Origin: Candidatus Colicola faecequi
Lineage (GTDB): Bacteria; Bacteroidota; Bacteroidia; Bacteroidales; Paludibacteraceae
Direction: 5' to 3'
DNA: 38,414 bases
NCBI GenBank assembly: GCA_018064985.1
Contig: JAGHUE010000133.1
Coordinates: forward strand, 1-38,414
Position 1 is the stretch's first letter. Every line of letters starts with the position of its first letter. The notes under the pieces were generated by a model that saw nothing but the letters and a program-made list of their open reading frames with translations, made no database searches and was not told the origin of the DNA. Shown piece after piece: positions 6,581 through 15,878 of this stretch. Position numbers and translations under genes: made by a program.

Positions 6581-8176
6581 ATGTATATTTTCGAAACAAG
6601 CTGGGAAGTTTGCAACCGCGTAGGCGGTATCTATGCCGTTCTTTCCACCCGTGCCGCAGAGATGCAGCGCATGGCCAAAGACAAAGTGTTCTTCGTAGGT
6701 CCGGACCTCGAGGCCATCTTCGGGGCCGCTCCGTCGCCCTATTTCACCGAGGTGAAAAGCCTCCTGCCCGCCTGGCAGAAGCAGGCGCAGAAAGAGGGAC
6801 TGAAAGTGCGCGTTGGCCGCTGGAACATCCCCGGTCGCCCGATTGCCGTACTGATTGACTTCCGCGACTATTATGCCGAGAAAGACAAGATTTATTTCCA
6901 CGTATGGGAGCAGTTCGGCGTAAAATCGCACGCAGCCTACGGCGATTACGACGAGTCGAGCCTTTTCGGCTACTATGCCGGCCGCGTAATGGAAAGCATC
7001 TACCGCTGGCTCGATACGAAAGAAGAATGCGTGGCGCATTTCAACGAATGGCAGACGGCCTTCGGCCTCTTCTACATCCGTGAGCATGCCCCGAAGATCG
7101 GCACGCTCTTCACCACCCACGCTACCGGCATCGGTCGATCCATCGCCGGCAACGGCAAGCCGCTCTACGACTTCTTCGAAGGCTACAACGGCAACCAGAT
7201 GGCCGAGGAGCTCAATATGACGAGCAAGCATTCGGCAGAGCGCGAGGCTGCACATGCGGCCGACTGCTTCACTACCGTGAGCGAGATCACGGCCAAAGAG
7301 TGCAAACAGCTGCTCGACAAGCCGGTGGATATCGTTACGCCCAACGGTTTCGAACCCGATTTTGTAGCCAAAGGCAAGGCTTTCGGCGAGAAGCGCGAAA
7401 CCGCCCGCAAGGCACTCCGTCAGGTAGCGGAACGCGTATGCGGCTACAGCCTCCCGGAGGATGCCATGTATTGCTGCATCAGCGGACGCTTCGAATGGAA
7501 GAACAAAGGCATCGACGCTTATATGCACGCGCTCCGCGCATTGGCAGACCGTCAGCCCGAGCGCACGATCGTGGCTTACCTGATGATTCCGGGTTGGCAC
7601 GCCGGTCCGAAGAATATCCTCGGTCAGGACGACCACCTCACCACGCACAGCCTCTGCGACTACCGCAACAACCCCGTTGTGCAGCAGGCTCAGCAGCTCG
7701 GCCTCTGGAACCGCCCCGACCAGCACGTGAAGATCATCTACGTGCCCTCCTATCTCAATGGCGACGACGGCATATTCAACATGCCTTACTACGATCTTCT
7801 GATCGGCATGGACGCTACCGTATTCCCGTCTTACTACGAGCCTTGGGGCTACACCCCGCTCGAATCGGCAGCATTCCATGTGCCGACCGTAACGACCAAC
7901 CTCTCGGGCTTCGGCCAATGGGTGGAATCGCTCCAGGGTGAGAGCCATATCGAGAGCGGTGTGGAAGTAGTGGGCCGAACCGACTCCAACTGGCATGAAG
8001 TAATCACCCGCATTGCCGACGCCCTGCTCCGCTACAGCCGTCTCACGGCCGAAGAACAGGAGCAAGTACGCAAAAACGCATGGGCCATCTCCGAGAAAGC
8101 AGAGTGGAAGCACTTCTTCCCGATCTACAAAGAGGCCTATCAGATTGCGCTCAAGAAAGCCAACGCACGCAAATGA
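6581..8176 (+). CDS. GT3-type (eukaryote-like) glycogen synthase
   Basis: The N-terminus FETSWEVCNRVGGIYAVLSTRA matches the GT3 glycogen synthase signature (E-x-SWEV-NKVGGIYTV). The C-terminus has PSYYEPWGYTPLES. Confidence 0.85.
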   Translation: MYIFETSWEVCNRVGGIYAVLSTRAAEMQRMAKDKVFFVGPDLEAIFGAAPSPYFTEVKSLLPAWQKQAQKEGLKVRVGRWNIPGRPIAVLIDFRDYYAEKDKIYFHVWEQFGVKSHAAYGDYDESSLFGYYAGRVMESIYRWLDTKEECVAHFNEWQTAFGLFYIREHAPKIGTLFTTHATGIGRSIAGNGKPLYDFFEGYNGNQMAEELNMTSKHSAEREAAHAADCFTTVSEITAKECKQLLDKPVDIVTPNGFEPDFVAKGKAFGEKRETARKALRQVAERVCGYSLPEDAMYCCISGRFEWKNKGIDAYMHALRALADRQPERTIVAYLMIPGWHAGPKNILGQDDHLTTHSLCDYRNNPVVQQAQQLGLWNRPDQHVKIIYVPSYLNGDDGIFNMPYYDLLIGMDATVFPSYYEPWGYTPLESAAFHVPTVTTNLSGFGQWVESLQGESHIESGVEVVGRTDSNWHEVITRIADALLRYSRLTAEEQEQVRKNAWAISEKAEWKHFFPIYKEAYQIALKKANARK

Positions 8177-9345
8177 AACAAAAATGGGATATAGACCGCA
8201 TCACGCGTGCTGTCATCGCCTTGGCGGTGGCGGCAGCGCTCTTTCTGCTCATCCGCAGGCTGAGCGGCGTATTGCTGCCGTTTCTGGTAAGCATGGTGAT
8301 CGCCTACATCCTGAATCCGCTGGTGGATTTCCTGCAGCATAAGTGCCGTCTGAAGAACCGCATTCTCTCCGTAATCACGGCACTCGTGATCACAGCAGGA
8401 GTAATCGGAGGAGCCATTGCCGCACTGGCAACACCCATCACACGGCAAGTGCAGAGCGTTTCGGTAGAGATATCCGAATACGTACAGAACTTCAATCCGC
8501 ACCGCTACCTTTCCCCGGAGATCAACGGTCAGCTCCGCGAACTGATGCAGAGCATCGACCTGAAGACGCTGCTCGAAAGCGGCGAACTCCAGGCGGCCGC
8601 CAAGAGTCTGCTGCCCCGCATGGGCGGATGGATAGGCAGCGGACTGAGTGCCATTGCCGGACTGGCTATCGTGTTCGTCTGTCTGCTTTACATCATTTTC
8701 CTGCTCATCGATTTCGAAAAGATAGAGAAAAACTGGCAACGCTTCATCCCCGGCAAATACCGAGAGAACGTGCTGATGCTGGTAGACGACCTGACGGCCA
8801 ACATGAATGCCTATTTCCGCGGACAAGCACTGATAGCCGCCATCGTAGGTATCCTTTTCGCAATAGGATTCCAGATTATCAGTCTGCCGCTCGGCATCGT
8901 AATGGGAATCATCATCGGTATTCTCAACCTGATACCGTATATGCAGACGCTGGGTATTCCCGTATGCGTGCTGCTCGGCTTGCTGCAATCCTATGAAACA
9001 GGACGTCCGGTATGGGTAGTGATGCTCTGCATTGCGGCCGTTTTCATCATTGTACAGACGATTCAGGACATGGTGCTCACGCCGAAGATCATGGGCAACG
9101 TAACCGGCATGGGGCCCGCCTGGATTCTGCTGGCGCTTTCCGTATGGGGCTCGCTGCTGGGCATTGTAGGCATGATCATCGCGCTTCCGATGACGAGCCT
9201 GCTCATATCTTACTACAAGCGCTTTGTACTAAAAGACAACTCCACAAGCGACGACACTGCAAACGGATACACAACAGAAACGACAACCATTAATACTAAC
9301 AGCAATGAAAAAGATGCACCACAAACTGCTGAAAGCGCTGAATAG
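8173..9345 (+). CDS. AI-2E (PerM/YhhT) family transporter
   Basis: The protein is multi-TM with YFRGQALIAAIVGILFAIGF...GILNLIPYMQTLG. The start was set to ATG 8173, which overlaps the glycogen synthase stop as ATGA. The ORF-track start at 8080 lies inside the upstream gene. Confidence 0.85.
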   Translation: MKQKWDIDRITRAVIALAVAAALFLLIRRLSGVLLPFLVSMVIAYILNPLVDFLQHKCRLKNRILSVITALVITAGVIGGAIAALATPITRQVQSVSVEISEYVQNFNPHRYLSPEINGQLRELMQSIDLKTLLESGELQAAAKSLLPRMGGWIGSGLSAIAGLAIVFVCLLYIIFLLIDFEKIEKNWQRFIPGKYRENVLMLVDDLTANMNAYFRGQALIAAIVGILFAIGFQIISLPLGIVMGIIIGILNLIPYMQTLGIPVCVLLGLLQSYETGRPVWVVMLCIAAVFIIVQTIQDMVLTPKIMGNVTGMGPAWILLALSVWGSLLGIVGMIIALPMTSLLISYYKRFVLKDNSTSDDTANGYTTETTTINTNSNEKDAPQTAESAE

Positions 9346-9805
9346 CCTGCTCGCAGCTCTCATCGCAACACTGGGAGTAACCTCCTGCAACTCGCAGAAA
9401 AAACTCAGTAAGGAGCCTGCCATCGAAGAGCCTACAGTAGAAGAACAGCCGCACATTATGGTCAAGTACGGCGTTCCCTTCCGCCGCGAAGAGACGATCC
9501 GCTGCATGTATGGAGTGCCGGCTCCGGCGCCCGTATCAGACATCGAGCAGAACACCGACACAGTAGAACTCAATGCTCCGGCCAGGACAATGAATGCCGG
9601 AGAGGAGGTTCAGCCTGCGAAGAACGAACGCAAAGACCCGCTCTTCCTGCTCAACGGCAAAGAGATTCCGGCCGAATCGGTAGGGCAACTCAATGCCGAC
9701 AACATCGGCTCTATGATCGTGCTTACAGAAGAAGAAGCCATAAAGAAATATGGCGAAAGAGGACGGAATGGTGTAGTGGAAATCCGCAGCAAGAGCGGCA
9801 AATAA
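9305..9805 (+). CDS. Small lipoprotein with a C-terminal TonB-receptor-plug-like motif
   Basis: A lipoprotein signal (LIATLGVTSC) opens the protein. The C-terminus PLFLLNGKEI...IGSMIVLTEEEAIKKYGERGRNGVVEIRSK resembles the start of SusC/TonB-dependent receptor plug domains. It overlaps the AI-2E tail by 41 nt. Confidence 0.65.
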   Translation: MKKMHHKLLKALNSLLAALIATLGVTSCNSQKKLSKEPAIEEPTVEEQPHIMVKYGVPFRREETIRCMYGVPAPAPVSDIEQNTDTVELNAPARTMNAGEEVQPAKNERKDPLFLLNGKEIPAESVGQLNADNIGSMIVLTEEEAIKKYGERGRNGVVEIRSKSGK

Positions 9806-9817
9806 CTTCTGCAGATT

Positions 9818-9841
9818 TGCAAAACTGCAAAACTGCAAAAG
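9818..9841. repeat. 24-bp module of three tandem 8-mers
   Basis: TGCAAAAC TGCAAAAC TGCAAAAG runs directly into the terminator stem. Confidence 0.8.
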
Positions 9842-9871
9842 CGAGTCTCCCGACGGAGGCTCGCTTTTTTT
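9841..9871 (+). terminator. Intrinsic terminator after the 9305 CDS
   Basis: GCGAGUCUCC-CGAC-GGAGGCUCGC forms a 10-bp stem including one G-U pair, followed by UUUUUUU. Confidence 0.8.
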
Positions 9872-9948
9872 GTGGACAGACGTGCTGCTCTTTTATGCGG
9901 ATACGCTATTCCTTTCTATATTATGCCTGCGCTAACGCGCGCGCGAAG

Positions 9949-9985
9949 AAAAAAAGGATGCCACCCCCGCAAGGGGATGGCATCC
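9949..9985 (-). terminator. Intrinsic terminator after the phosphorylase gene
   Basis: On the minus strand, GGAUGCCAUCCCC-UUGCG-GGGGUGGCAUCC is followed by a U7 run. It lies 23 nt downstream of the stop at 10008. Confidence 0.75.
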
Positions 9986-10007
9986 GTATTGCATCAGCAA
10001 ATGCTGA

Positions 10008-12569
10008 TTAGAGCCAACGTACGTAAGCAAAGTCCATTCGGTGAGGCAGCAAGTCGTGCTTCGGATACATACGGAAGCCGAACTTGAGGTTGCCTGCATA
10101 GTCGAGCTGATACTCGGTCTCGAAGGTGAGCTTGGAGCCCTCGGTCTTTACGAGCGGAAGTTCCTTCACATCGTAGAGCTTATCGTTGTTGTGGGTAGAA
10201 GTGCGAACAGCTACGAGTTCTACACCGAGACCCTTATCGTTGAGATCCTTGGTGTCGAGCTCAACGTGGAGCTTGTACTTCTCACCTACCTTCGGAGCAT
10301 TCAAGAGGCCTTCCGGAAGATCGAGCTTAACGCACTCGATAGCATCCCAGTGAGCCACGATGTTCTCCTTCCAGGCAGCGATTTCCTTAGCTACCTTGTA
10401 GTTGTCGGCAGCGAGGAGCGCATGACGCTTAGCTTCCTTGTTGTAGAAACGATCGAAGTAGTCGTCCATCATACGCTTGGTGGTATAGATCGGGGTGATC
10501 TTGGTGATGGAGTTCTTGATGGTCTGAACCCACTCCGGAGAATAGCCCTTGGAGTTGCGAGCGTAGTACATCGGGATAATCTCGTTCTCGAGCATCTGAT
10601 AGATGGTAGCAGCATCGAGCTGATCCTGGTGAGCCTGGTTCTCGTAAGTACGCTTGTCGGTAAGCGCCCAACCTGCACCTTCACGATAACCTTCATACCA
10701 CCAACCGTCGAGGACGGAGAAGTTGAGTACACCGTTCATCTGTGCCTTCTCGCCGGAAGTACCGGATGCCTCGAGCGGACGAGTCGGGGTGTTCAACCAG
10801 ATATCCACACCGGAGATGAGTCGCTTAGCGAGGCTCATATCGTAGTTCTCAAGGAAGACGATCTTGCCGAGGAACTGCGGCATGCGGCTGATTTCGATGA
10901 TGCGCTTGATGAGGCCCTGACCTGCGCCATCAGCGGGGTGAGCCTTACCGGTGAAGAGGAACTGTACCGGATAGTTGGGGTTGTTAACGAGCTTGTCAAG
11001 ACGCTCGAGGTCGTTGAAGAGGAGGTGTGCACGCTTATAGGTAGCGAAACGACGACCGAAACCGATGATGAGGGTCTCCGGCTTCATGTTGTTCATAGCG
11101 CGAACGATACGTGCGGGATCACCCTGGTTCTTCATCCAAGTCTCATGGAACTGCTCCTTGATGTAGTCGATGAGCTTGATCTTGAGCGCCATACGGGTAG
11201 CCCAGATTTCATCGTCAGCGATATCGTTGTAAGGAGCCCACATGTCGAGGTTGGACTGATCGTTGTACCAACCCTTCTTGAGGTACTTGTTGTATACAGC
11301 CTTCCATTCGCTGGAAGCCCAGGTGGGGAGATGCACACCGTTGGTAACGTAGCCAACGTGGAGCTCTTCGGGGAAGTAGCCCGGCCAAACGGGAGAGAAC
11401 ATCTTCTGAGAAACCTTGCCGTGGAGGTAGGATACACCGTTAGCTTCCTGGCAGGTATTGAGCGCAAATACGGACATCGAGAACTTCTCGCCACCGTTGT
11501 CGGGGTTCTGACGGCCCATGCCGATGAACTGGTTCCAATCGATACCGAGCTTTGCGGGATATTCGCTCATATACTTGTAGAAGAGACCCTCTTCGAAGTA
11601 GTCGTGACCTGCGGGAACCGGAGTGTGGCAGGTGTAAAGGCCGCTTGCGCGAACAACCTCGAGCGCCTCATTGAAGCTGAGACCTTCTTCTACATAATCA
11701 ACGAGGCGCTGGAGACCCATGAGGGCAGCGTGGCCTTCGTTGCAGTGGTAAACGTCTTTCTTGATACCGAGCTTCTTGAGAGCGAGGGTACCGCCGATAC
11801 CGAGGAGGATTTCCTGCTTGATACGGTTTTCCCAATCGCCGCCGTAGAGCTGGTGGGTGATGGACTTATCCCAATCGGAGTTGAGCTCGTTGTCGGTATC
11901 GAGCAGGTAGAGCTTGATGCGGCCAACGCTTACCTCCCAGAGGTAGGAATAAACCACGCGACCCGGATAAGGCACTTCTACAACGAGGTTGGTGCCATCG
12001 GCATTCTTCACCTGCTTGAGCGGCAGATTGTTGAAGTTCTGGGCCTCGTAGTTGGCAATCTGCTGACCTTCCGGAGAGAGGGTCTGGGTAAAGTAGCCAT
12101 AACGATAGAGGAAACCGATAGCGGTCATGTCGACATTGCAGTCGGAAGCTTCCTTGAGATAGTCACCGGCGAGGATGCCGAGACCACCTGAGTAGATCTT
12201 CAGAATGGAAGTCATACCGTACTCCATGGAGAAGTATGCGATAGAGGGCTTCTTCGGATCGCGCTTAGCGTCCATATATTTGCGGAACTCCTTGTAAACC
12301 TTGTCGAGTTTAGCCATGAACTCAGCGTCAGCACGGAGCTCCTGATACTTGTCGTAAGAGAGGGTGTTGAGAAGAACAACGGGGTTGGACTGAGCAGCAT
12401 GCCAAGCGTCAGCATCAATGTGACGGAAAAGGTTCTTGGCATCGGTATTCCATACCCACCAGAGATTGTAGGCCAGTTCCTCGAGCTTCTTGAGCTCTTC
12501 GGGAAGATTAGCGTGAACATTGATGTCTTTCCACGCAGCCTGATTAACGTTACTTACTTTAATACGCAT
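10008..12569 (-). CDS. glgP: Alpha-glucan (glycogen/maltodextrin) phosphorylase, GT35, with a DUF3417-type N-terminus
   Basis: The N-terminus is [10 protein letters not shown]. Other motifs are [33 protein letters not shown], and [14 protein letters not shown], which includes the pyridoxal-phosphate lysine region. Confidence 0.9.
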   Translation of the reverse strand: MRIKVSNVNQAAWKDINVHANLPEELKKLEELAYNLWWVWNTDAKNLFRHIDADAWHAAQSNPVVLLNTLSYDKYQELRADAEFMAKLDKVYKEFRKYMDAKRDPKKPSIAYFSMEYGMTSILKIYSGGLGILAGDYLKEASDCNVDMTAIGFLYRYGYFTQTLSPEGQQIANYEAQNFNNLPLKQVKNADGTNLVVEVPYPGRVVYSYLWEVSVGRIKLYLLDTDNELNSDWDKSITHQLYGGDWENRIKQEILLGIGGTLALKKLGIKKDVYHCNEGHAALMGLQRLVDYVEEGLSFNEALEVVRASGLYTCHTPVPAGHDYFEEGLFYKYMSEYPAKLGIDWNQFIGMGRQNPDNGGEKFSMSVFALNTCQEANGVSYLHGKVSQKMFSPVWPGYFPEELHVGYVTNGVHLPTWASSEWKAVYNKYLKKGWYNDQSNLDMWAPYNDIADDEIWATRMALKIKLIDYIKEQFHETWMKNQGDPARIVRAMNNMKPETLIIGFGRRFATYKRAHLLFNDLERLDKLVNNPNYPVQFLFTGKAHPADGAGQGLIKRIIEISRMPQFLGKIVFLENYDMSLAKRLISGVDIWLNTPTRPLEASGTSGEKAQMNGVLNFSVLDGWWYEGYREGAGWALTDKRTYENQAHQDQLDAATIYQMLENEIIPMYYARNSKGYSPEWVQTIKNSITKITPIYTTKRMMDDYFDRFYNKEAKRHALLAADNYKVAKEIAAWKENIVAHWDAIECVKLDLPEGLLNAPKVGEKYKLHVELDTKDLNDKGLGVELVAVRTSTHNNDKLYDVKELPLVKTEGSKLTFETEYQLDYAGNLKFGFRMYPKHDLLPHRMDFAYVRWL

Positions 12570-12660
12570 AGAAATATAAATTGATTGTGATTTTTATTTC
12601 ATTATTCGGAGCGCTTGCGCATGAGAGCACCTGCGGGCACACTCGCGCAAAAAGCGACTG

Positions 12661-12694
12661 CAAAGGTAAACAAAAAAATCGGATTACGAAAATA
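12661..12694 (-). promoter_or_regulatory. Probable promoter for the phosphorylase gene
   Basis: The minus strand has TACCTTTG at 12661-12668, preceded by an imperfect -33 element (TTTC) about 19 nt upstream. The leader is about 85 nt. Confidence 0.4.
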
Positions 12695-12880
12695 TTTCAT
12701 GCACTTTCCGCTTGTTTTTTTTAATTCTGCCATGTAGTCATTGCAATTTGCAAAGTCGGAATTAGCAAAACGGGGTTGGATATTACAAAATCGTTACACT
12801 TTTTGCCTTTTTGACAAAAACTGACATTTCGGAAAAATTAGCACGATTTTTGCAGGATTTTCATCCAAAAGACAACGACT

Positions 12881-14788
12881 ATGAAAAATAGAGATTTCAG
12901 AGCAATGCGACGCGAAGAAAAGCGTCGGAAATTCGAGCAGAAGCAGGCCGCGAGAGAACGCGACCGCATGCGCCTTGCCGAGGAACGCCAGCGCAAACAG
13001 GCACAGAAACGCGAGGAAGCCGCTGACAGACAGACAATGCCTGACACATTCGTGGGGCGGATGGAATACAGCCGCCGGGGCGGCATCGTTTTCATCGACT
13101 CCAAGTGGCTGAAAGACAGCGTAGTGATACCGCAGCCGCTGATGGGCGACGCACAAGAAGGGGATAAAGTGATTGTACGGATCACGAAGAAAGCGCGCGG
13201 CAACAAGATGGCCGAGGGCGAGATAGTGGACATTCTCGGTCCGGACGGCCAGAACGATACGGAAATGCACGCCATTCTGGCAGAATACGGCTTGCCTTAT
13301 TCCTATCCGGAAGAAGTGGAGAAACTGGCAGACGAGATAGGGGCCGGCATCACACCGGAGGAAATCCGGAAAAGAAAGGACATGCGTGATGTCTTCACCT
13401 TTACGATCGACCCTCGCGATGCGAAGGATTTCGACGATGCGCTGTCATACAGAGAGATAGACGATGATACGGTAGAAGTAGGCGTACATATTGCCGATGT
13501 AACGCACTACGTGCGTCCGGGTTCGGAAATCGACCGAGAAGCCTATGACAGAGCCACTTCGGTTTACCTGGTTGACCGCACCATTCCGATGCTTCCGGAG
13601 CACCTGTCGAACGGCATCTGCAGCTTGCGTCCGGAAGAGGAAAAACTGACATTTTCGGTGGTTTTCCAGATGGACAAGGAAGCGCACGTGAAGTCATACG
13701 ACATCTGCCGGACAGTGACCCGTTCGGACCGCCGATTGTGCTACGAAGAGGCGCAACAGATCATTGCATCCGAACAAAAAACGGAAGGCGGGAAAGTCGC
13801 ATCGAAGTCGCATGAAAGTCGCTCCGACGAGGCGCTCGAAAAAGCACTCTTTGCACTCAATGCGTTGGCTAAAAAACTGCGTGCGAAACGCTTCGAAAAA
13901 GGCGCTATCGCATTTGACCGCGAGGAGGTGAAATTCGAGATTGACGAACAGGGCAAGCCGCTCAGCATTTATTTCCGCACATCGGAAGACGCCAACAAGC
14001 TCATCGAGGAGTTTATGCTGCTGGCCAACCGGACGGTAGCTGCTCATGTGGGCAAGTTGCTCCAGAAGCCGTTCGTCTACCGTATTCACGACCTGCCCGA
14101 TCCGGATAAGTTGAAGGATTTCAGTCAGTTCATCCGCCGCTTCGGCTACAATCTGAAGACCGGAAGCACCCGCAAGGAAACGGTGTCGAAGAACATCAAC
14201 AACCTGCTCTCAGAGGTGCAAGGCAAGGCTGAAGCCGGGCTGATAGAAACGATAGCCGTGAGAGCAATGGCCAAGGCCGTTTATTCGACCGACAACATCG
14301 GTCACTACGGCCTCGCATTCCCCTATTACACGCATTTCACCTCTCCTATCCGCCGCTATCCCGACATGATGGTTCACCGCCTGCTGGAGCGTTATCTGGC
14401 CGGCGGAAATGCCGTGTCGGAAGAGGAATATGAGACGCTGTGCAAGCATTGCTCGAGCCGCGAACAACTGGCGGCTGCGGCAGAGCGGGCAAGCGTGAAA
14501 TACAAGCAGGTGGAGTTTATGCAAGAGCACATCGGGCAGGAGTACGATGGCGTGATTTCAGGCGTGACGGAATGGGGACTTTACGTGGAACTCAACGAGA
14601 CGAAATGCGAGGGCATGATACCAATCCGTTCGCTTCTGCCGGAAGACTATTACGACTGTATCGACAAAGAATACTGCCTGCGCGGTCAGCGGACCGGCAA
14701 GGTGTATACGCTTGGCGATACGATTCGCGTACGGGTAGAAAGAGCCGACCTGAGCAAGAAACAGCTGGACTTTTCGCTTGTTTTGTGA
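12881..14788 (+). CDS. rnr: Ribonuclease R (RNB family 3'-5' exoribonuclease)
   Basis: RNB motifs are present (FTIDPRDAKDFDDALS, VYLVDRTIPMLP, GHYGLAF..YTHFTSPIRRYPD), with a C-terminal S1 domain (GVISGVTEWGLYVEL). The N-terminus is rich in R and K. Confidence 0.92.
   Translation: MKNRDFRAMRREEKRRKFEQKQAARERDRMRLAEERQRKQAQKREEAADRQTMPDTFVGRMEYSRRGGIVFIDSKWLKDSVVIPQPLMGDAQEGDKVIVRITKKARGNKMAEGEIVDILGPDGQNDTEMHAILAEYGLPYSYPEEVEKLADEIGAGITPEEIRKRKDMRDVFTFTIDPRDAKDFDDALSYREIDDDTVEVGVHIADVTHYVRPGSEIDREAYDRATSVYLVDRTIPMLPEHLSNGICSLRPEEEKLTFSVVFQMDKEAHVKSYDICRTVTRSDRRLCYEEAQQIIASEQKTEGGKVASKSHESRSDEALEKALFALNALAKKLRAKRFEKGAIAFDREEVKFEIDEQGKPLSIYFRTSEDANKLIEEFMLLANRTVAAHVGKLLQKPFVYRIHDLPDPDKLKDFSQFIRRFGYNLKTGSTRKETVSKNINNLLSEVQGKAEAGLIETIAVRAMAKAVYSTDNIGHYGLAFPYYTHFTSPIRRYPDMMVHRLLERYLAGGNAVSEEEYETLCKHCSSREQLAAAAERASVKYKQVEFMQEHIGQEYDGVISGVTEWGLYVELNETKCEGMIPIRSLLPEDYYDCIDKEYCLRGQRTGKVYTLGDTIRVRVERADLSKKQLDFSLVL
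13792..13824. repeat. 33-bp three-unit 11-mer module lying in frame inside rnr
   Basis: GAAAGTCGCAT CGAAGTCGCAT GAAAGTCGCTC encodes KVASKSHESRS within a linker of the RNB region. Confidence 0.85.
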
Positions 14789-14858
14789 GTAAAGAAACGG
14801 GGCTTTTTTGTTCAGGAACTAAATTAGGCGGCATTTTTATCAAAATATTGCAAATGAA

Positions 14859-14890
14859 TTTGCATAATCCAAAAATTTGCACTAATTTTG
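14859..14890 (+). promoter_or_regulatory. Bacteroidetes-type promoter for the 14898 operon
   Basis: TTTG at 14859-14862, a 20-nt spacer, then TAATTTTG at 14883-14890. It is nearly identical to the cassette at 3478-3512. Confidence 0.55.
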
Positions 14891-14897
14891 CACGATT

Positions 14898-15662
14898 ATG
14901 CGACGACTCATCCGCCACATGCTCCCGTTTTTGCTACTTCTGCTACTCCCGATGGCGGCAGGAGCGACGGTTGTTGTGCTCAAATCCGGACAACAGGTAA
15001 GAGGCGACATCCTCTTTCAAAACGAGCAGGTGATTGTGGTCAAGACTGCCAACGGCAGCCGCTTCCAATACCTGCAAAGCGATGTGCAGCAAGTGCTTGA
15101 TGATGAGGAGGCAGCACCCGCAGCGGAGGAGAAGAAAGAGGCAGCGAAAGCGAAGAAGGTGGCAGTCGGGCTGCAGCTCGGAGGCGGCATGAGCGCGCTC
15201 ACAGGCAGCGCAGTGGACGGCCGGCAGAATATGCTGGGCGGCAATGTGGAAGCAAACCTGGAAATCGGTACAGCTGATTTGCTCCAGCGCGGGATTTTCC
15301 TGGGAGGAGCAACCGGTTATCATTTGCGTTCGATAGGCGGTCATACCTGTTCCTTCATTCCGCTTCAAGTAAGGATGGAAGCCCCGCTCATGCAAGGCAA
15401 ACATGCACCCTTGCTGGGCATTGGAGCCGGCTACGGCATCAGCGCCAGCAAGGGCATCAAGGGCGGATTTTACGCAGACATCAACTTCGGTTGGCGCTGT
15501 CAACTGAACGACAAACATGCCATGCTGCTGGCGCTCTACAGCAATATGCAGCAGGTTCGATTCAATACGCTGGATGAGGCAATCGGCAACTCTTCGTTTG
15601 CAAAAGAAAACGCCTCGGGAGCCATTTTCAGCCTGGGCATCAAATTCGGCATTTATCTCTAA
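14898..15662 (+). CDS. Secreted protein, probably an outer-membrane beta-barrel, with a small N-terminal domain and an E/A/K linker
   Basis: The signal peptide is MRRLIRHMLPFLLLLLLPMAAGA. The C-terminal half is Gly-rich with alternating polarity and ends IFSLGIKFGIYL, which looks like an OMP beta-signal. No family was recognised. Confidence 0.65.
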   Translation: MRRLIRHMLPFLLLLLLPMAAGATVVVLKSGQQVRGDILFQNEQVIVVKTANGSRFQYLQSDVQQVLDDEEAAPAAEEKKEAAKAKKVAVGLQLGGGMSALTGSAVDGRQNMLGGNVEANLEIGTADLLQRGIFLGGATGYHLRSIGGHTCSFIPLQVRMEAPLMQGKHAPLLGIGAGYGISASKGIKGGFYADINFGWRCQLNDKHAMLLALYSNMQQVRFNTLDEAIGNSSFAKENASGAIFSLGIKFGIYL

Positions 15663-15671
15663 CTCAAACAT

Positions 15672-15878
15672 ATGGCAGTCAGACCGTCACATACCCGGAA
15701 GCCACGCGAGCCGCGCAAAAACCGCATCAGCATCATGCTCAACGACAGCGAGATGCATGCGCTCCAGCGCTATCTTGACCGCTACGGCGTACACAATCGC
15801 AGCCGCATGGTGCGTGAGGCGCTCATGCGTACGATTCTCGAGCAGTTTGACAAAGACAGTCCAACCCTATTCGACTAA
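15672..15878 (+). CDS. Ribbon-helix-helix (CopG/MobC-like) small DNA-binding protein
   Basis: A basic N-terminus is followed by RISIMLNDSEMHALQRYLDRYGVHNRSRMVREALM, a strand-helix-helix pattern. Its stop overlaps the next start as TAATG. Confidence 0.6.
   Translation: MAVRPSHTRKPREPRKNRISIMLNDSEMHALQRYLDRYGVHNRSRMVREALMRTILEQFDKDSPTLFD

Noticed and set aside
6533-8113. A 526-aa minus-strand ORF opposite the glycogen synthase.
   Set aside because: It is an antisense shadow ORF. The plus-strand product carries the GT3 signature, whereas this one has none.
8080-8172. The upstream start for the AI-2E transporter that overlaps the glycogen synthase by 97 nt.
   Set aside because: The extension has no hydrophobic or conserved features. 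ATG 8173 forms an ATGA stop/start overlap and begins right before the first TM helix.
10041-12191. A 716-aa plus-strand ORF opposite the phosphorylase.
   Set aside because: It is an antisense shadow ORF with V/E/L-rich low-complexity translation. The minus-strand product has canonical GT35 motifs.
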